Assembly: GCA_040384765.1 (NCBI GenBank)
Contig: JAZKIQ010000001.1
Span: 1 to 54,363 of the forward strand
Direction: 5' to 3'
Length of the DNA: 54,363 nt
Source of the DNA: Patescibacteria group bacterium
Lineage (GTDB): Bacteria > Patescibacteriota > Minisyncoccia > Phycocordibacterales > JBBUBG01
Each line of letters starts with the position of its first letter. Positions within the stretch are counted from its first letter, which is position 1. The notes under the pieces were generated by a model. That model did not search any database. It saw only the letters and a program-made list of their open reading frames with translations, and was not told the DNA's origin. Of this stretch, positions 46,980 to 54,363 are shown one piece after another. The translations under genes were made by a program, and so were the position numbers.

Positions 46980-46986
46980 TAGTTGG

Positions 46987-47103
46987 AAGCACCAAGCACC
47001 AAATCCCAAATTCCAGATAATCCTCAAGTATCAAATCTCAGGCAGACAATTTGAATCTTGAATTTTGGAATTTTTCTGGAATTTGGTGCTTGGATTTTGG
47101 AAT

Positions 47104-47105
<2 letters not shown>
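46987..47105. repeat. Inverted heptamer array (AAATTCC/AAGCACC ... GGAATTT/GGTGCTT)
   Basis: 7-nt periodic arms between rpoC and dnaG. Confidence 0.8.
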
Positions 47106-50787
<3,682 letters not shown>

Positions 50788-50796
50788 GGTGATGAA

Positions 50797-53700
50797 TTAA
50801 TTATTCCTAAGCTCAATATCGAGTGCGAGACCTTTCAATTCTGATACAAGCACGTTGAACGATGCCGGAAGGTTTGGTGCTTTGATCTCCTCACCTTTTA
50901 CAATCGAGTCGAAGGTTGCTGAACGGCCGGAAATATCATCGGACTTGATCGTAAGCACCTCACGAAGTGTGTGTGCTGCTCCGTATCCTTCGAGTGCCCA
51001 CACCTCCATCTCTCCAAAGCGTTGTCCTCCACCCTGCGCCTTTCCGCCAAGTGGCTGCTGGGTAATGAGCGAGTACGGCCCAATCGAACGCATGTGGATC
51101 TTGTCCTCTACCATGTGGTGAAGCTTGAGAATATACATGTAGCCGATAGCTGTCTTCTGCTCGAATGCATCACCGGTGAGGCCATCAAAGAGCTGCACCT
51201 TTCCATCCACAGGAAAACCTGACTTTTCGAGCTCTCCTGCGATCTCTGCCTCTGTCGCGCCAAGAAATGATGGTGTGATCGCCTGGTAGCCAAGCGTGTT
51301 TGCGGCAAGACCAAGATGCATCTCAAGAATCTGACCAAGGTTCATACGAGAAGGAACACCGAGCGGCGTTAGAATAACGTCAATAGGTGTACCATCTGCC
51401 TGGTATGGCATATCCTCCTCTGGCAAGATGCGCGAAATAATACCTTTGTTGCCGTGGCGTCCTGCGAGCTTGTCTCCTACTGACACCGCACGAAGCTGTG
51501 CCACTTCGATATGAATGCGCTTGATGATGCCACTCTCGAGCTTGTCGCCGCGGTCGCGAGAAAATACTTTAATGTCGATAATGCGGCCACGCTTTCCGTG
51601 CTCCATGCGAAGCGACGTATCTTTTACGTCACGTGACTTCTCACCGAAGATCGAGCGCAGGAGTCGCTCCTCTGGAGTAAGTTCTGTCTCGCCTTTTGGC
51701 GTAATCTTGCCTACGAGAATATCGTTTGGACGAACCTCTGCACCGATGCGGATAATACCGTCTGCATCAAGATCCTTGAGCTTTGCCTCGCCCACGTTTG
51801 GAATATCGCAGGTGGTGAGCTCGGGTCCAAGTTTTGTGTCGCGTACATTTACCACAAACTCCTCAACGTGAATCGTTGCGAACTTGCTGTTCTTTACGAG
51901 GCGCTCAGAAATAATGATAGCGTCTTCGTAGTTGTTGCCACCCCAAGGGAGAAATCCTACGAGTACGTTTTGGCCGAGAGCGATCTGGCCGTGGTCGGAC
52001 GATGAGGTGTCGGCAAGAAGGTCACCACGCTTTACTTTGTCGTTAAGGTTTACTACTGGTCGCTGGTGGAATGCGGTGAAGTTGTTGGTACGTGAGTAGT
52101 TTACGAGCTTTGATTCGTGCATCTTTCCCTTCTCGTCTTTTACTACCACTTCACGAGCACTTACCTTTACTACCGTGCCATCTGCATCTGCAAATACGAG
52201 GCGCCCTGTGTCGCGTGCAGCGCGGCCTTCAATGCCCGTAGCCACGAGCGGAGCCTCTGGAACGATACATGGTGTTGCCTGTCGTTGCATGTTCGAACCC
52301 ATAAGCGCGCGGTTAGCGTCATCGTGCTCGAGAAACGGAATCATGGATGTTGCGATCGAGTACGCCTGGTTTGTGGCAACATCGATAAAATCTACGAGGT
52401 CACGTGGCACGATGCCTGGCTTTCCGCTAATGCGTGCCTCTACCTCTTCGCCAAGGTTGCCCTTGTCGTCATATTTGTTGCCTGCGTGAGCAATGGTGTA
52501 CTGCTCTTCCTCAAGTGCGTTGAGGTACGAAATCTCGGTTGAGATCTTGCCCTTCTTTACCTTTACATACGGAGTCTCGATAATGCCGAGATCGTTGATA
52601 CGTGAGTGAGTTGCGAGCGTGAGAATAAGACCAATGTTTGGACCCTCAGGAGTCTGAATTGGGCAGACGCGGCCGTAGTGTGAAGGGTGTACGTCGCGCA
52701 CCTCGAAGCCTGCGCGTTCACGCGTAAGACCTCCTGGACCAAGAGCCGAAAGGCGGCGAAGATGCTCGATCTCTGAGAGAATGTTCTCCTGACCCATGAA
52801 CTGCGAAAGCTGGTTTGTCGTGAAGAACTCCTTGAGACGAGCCTGAAGAGGGCGAGCTGAGATGAGCTGTACCGGGAGTGTGGTCGAGCTGTCGACGGTC
52901 GACATACGGTCCTGAATGTTGCGCTTCATCTGCGCAAGACCCGTACGGATCTTGAGCTGGAGCATCTCACCCACCGAGCGCACGCGGCGGCTGCCGAGGT
53001 GATCGATATCATCCTCTTTTGCCTCAGGATCATTGTTGAGCATGATCATATGAGAGATCGTTGCTGCAATATCCTCGAAAGAAAGGGTGCGGCGCGCCAT
53101 CTCTTTGTCTCCCATATCCTTGCCAAAGCGCTTGTTGAAACGGAAGCGACCTACAAGCGAGAGATCGTAGCGCTCCTTTGAGAAGATGCCGTCAAGAAAC
53201 TCCTTTGCGTTTGCAACAGTAGCGAGGTCGTTGTCGCGGAGCTTGCGGTAGATTTCGATATATGAGTCCTCCCGGTTCTTTGCTGGATCTTTTGCGAGCG
53301 AGTTTTTGATGTACGGGATAGCGCTCTCGACACCTGAAAACGCCTCGACGATCTGCTCGTCGGTCATACCAGCTCCAAGCACGCGCAAGAGTGACATGAG
53401 CGAAAACTTGCGCTTTCGGTCGATGCGAACGTAAAACGTACCGTCTGGATCAGATTCAATCTCGATCCATACACCACGGGAAGGGATCACCTTTGCGCCA
53501 AAATATTTCTTTCCCTTAAGCTCGTTGCCCGTAAAGAACACCCCGAAGGAGCGGGCGAGCTGCGGTACCACCACGCGCTCGTTGCCGTTTACAATAAAGG
53601 TGCCGTGAGGCGTCATGACCGGGAAATCAGCGAGGAAGATCTCCTGTTCCTTCTCCTGGCCAATAAGCTTGTTGGTGAGCTTTACGCGCACGCGGAGCGG

Positions 53701-53964
53701 TGTCTCGAGCGAGAGCTGCTGCTGCTTTGCATAGTGCTCGTCGTATTTGAGAGGATCGAGCTCGAAATGGGTAAACTCGAGCTCAAACTTCTTGCCCGTG
53801 TAGTCTTTGATAGGTGAAAACTCCTTGAACACCTCCTCGAGACCCTTCTCTACAAGCCACTTGTAGGAGGTCTGCTGCATCTCTACCAAGTTTGGCAGGT
53901 CTGAAAGGGGCTCTTTGTGCCGAGAGAAATGCTTCTGGGGGAGGTTGGTTTTGGTGGTTGGCAT
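50797..53964 (-). CDS. rpoB: RNA polymerase beta subunit
   Basis: RRLSALGPGGL, GDKLAGRHGNKG, GGQRFGEME. Confidence 0.99.
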   Translation of the reverse strand: MPTTKTNLPQKHFSRHKEPLSDLPNLVEMQQTSYKWLVEKGLEEVFKEFSPIKDYTGKKFELEFTHFELDPLKYDEHYAKQQQLSLETPLRVRVKLTNKLIGQEKEQEIFLADFPVMTPHGTFIVNGNERVVVPQLARSFGVFFTGNELKGKKYFGAKVIPSRGVWIEIESDPDGTFYVRIDRKRKFSLMSLLRVLGAGMTDEQIVEAFSGVESAIPYIKNSLAKDPAKNREDSYIEIYRKLRDNDLATVANAKEFLDGIFSKERYDLSLVGRFRFNKRFGKDMGDKEMARRTLSFEDIAATISHMIMLNNDPEAKEDDIDHLGSRRVRSVGEMLQLKIRTGLAQMKRNIQDRMSTVDSSTTLPVQLISARPLQARLKEFFTTNQLSQFMGQENILSEIEHLRRLSALGPGGLTRERAGFEVRDVHPSHYGRVCPIQTPEGPNIGLILTLATHSRINDLGIIETPYVKVKKGKISTEISYLNALEEEQYTIAHAGNKYDDKGNLGEEVEARISGKPGIVPRDLVDFIDVATNQAYSIATSMIPFLEHDDANRALMGSNMQRQATPCIVPEAPLVATGIEGRAARDTGRLVFADADGTVVKVSAREVVVKDEKGKMHESKLVNYSRTNNFTAFHQRPVVNLNDKVKRGDLLADTSSSDHGQIALGQNVLVGFLPWGGNNYEDAIIISERLVKNSKFATIHVEEFVVNVRDTKLGPELTTCDIPNVGEAKLKDLDADGIIRIGAEVRPNDILVGKITPKGETELTPEERLLRSIFGEKSRDVKDTSLRMEHGKRGRIIDIKVFSRDRGDKLESGIIKRIHIEVAQLRAVSVGDKLAGRHGNKGIISRILPEEDMPYQADGTPIDVILTPLGVPSRMNLGQILEMHLGLAANTLGYQAITPSFLGATEAEIAGELEKSGFPVDGKVQLFDGLTGDAFEQKTAIGYMYILKLHHMVEDKIHMRSIGPYSLITQQPLGGKAQGGGQRFGEMEVWALEGYGAAHTLREVLTIKSDDISGRSATFDSIVKGEEIKAPNLPASFNVLVSELKGLALDIELRNN

Positions 53965-53977
53965 GGTTATTAAAACG

Positions 53978-54157
53978 AAAAAAGATCCTTCTGGGTAAAG
54001 GATACTGTATAAATTGGGCTCTCTACGAAGTGTGCAAGATTCGTGTGAGGTCTCTCCGGCGAGAGGCCGGAGCTGAGTTATTAAGATTGCCCTGCCAGCC
54101 GTAACTCAATCTTGCAAGTGCATAAATAAGTATAGATGAAAGAAGCTTGCATGTCAA
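53978..54157 (-). promoter_or_regulatory. rpoB promoter and structured 5' leader with attenuator-like hairpin
   Basis: TTGACA(54157-52)-17-TATACT(54134-29); stems TGCAAGATT/AATCTTGCA, GAGTTA/TAACTC, CTCCGGC/GCCGGAG; ATCCTT/AAGGAT hairpin plus U-run. Confidence 0.65.
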
Positions 54158-54202
54158 GGAGAGTGTGTTGGTGTGCGGTGTCAATTGTGGATATCTTATC
54201 GC

Positions 54203-54306
54203 CAGCCCGGTACTCTCATTTTGAAGCACGATAAAATTCTCCTGAATTTTTCTCTACTCCCTGCCTTCGCAGGTCCGTAAGGCTTCAAAATGAGAGTACC
54301 GGGCTG
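54203..54306. repeat. Palindromic element with 25-bp perfect inverted repeats
   Basis: CAGCCCGGTACTCTCATTTTGAAGC ... GCTTCAAAATGAGAGTACCGGGCTG. Confidence 0.75.
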
Positions 54307-54363
54307 TCTTACTGGCTACACCTTCTTCTTGGCATATGAGCTTCTTTCGGGGGGGGGGTAAAA

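Noticed and set aside
54349-54358. Poly-G tract as a phase-variation site
   Set aside because: At the window edge with no context; may be an assembly or sequencing artefact.

Overview
Gene-dense chromosomal segment of a reduced-genome bacterium, most consistent with Patescibacteria/CPR (Parcubacteria-like). This is inferred from shortened GluRS/AspRS/RpoB, the HTH-MurA fusion, SD-less housekeeping genes and presence of L9; standard code 11. The backbone is housekeeping: rpoB-rpoC-dnaG-rpoD-cdaA, grpE-dnaK-dnaJ, plsC/cls-like, trpS-aspS, scpAB-dac-mraY-ftsW-murA-ddl-murG-gltX, rpmA/rplI/rplU, cysS-dnaB-recR, rmuC. Single orphan genes, most with their own sigma70 promoter, strong SD and terminator, are interspersed. 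The most notable locus is a LuxI-type acyl-homoserine-lactone synthase translationally coupled to a 9-TM, LuxN-like sensor histidine kinase, with no LuxR in the window; the synthase plus sensor half is AT-rich and joined to a GC-richer kinase half. Beside it are a stand-alone RNAP alpha-CTD protein and an unassigned multibranched structured RNA candidate. The window also carries a defined family of inverted 7-mer/8-mer repeat arrays at gene junctions (some in-frame inside proteins), several MITE/REP-like palindromes, a 6S-like ncRNA candidate and a structured rpoB leader. No tRNA, rRNA, CRISPR, integrase, transposase or reverse transcriptase was recognised. All calls are by eye, without database searches.
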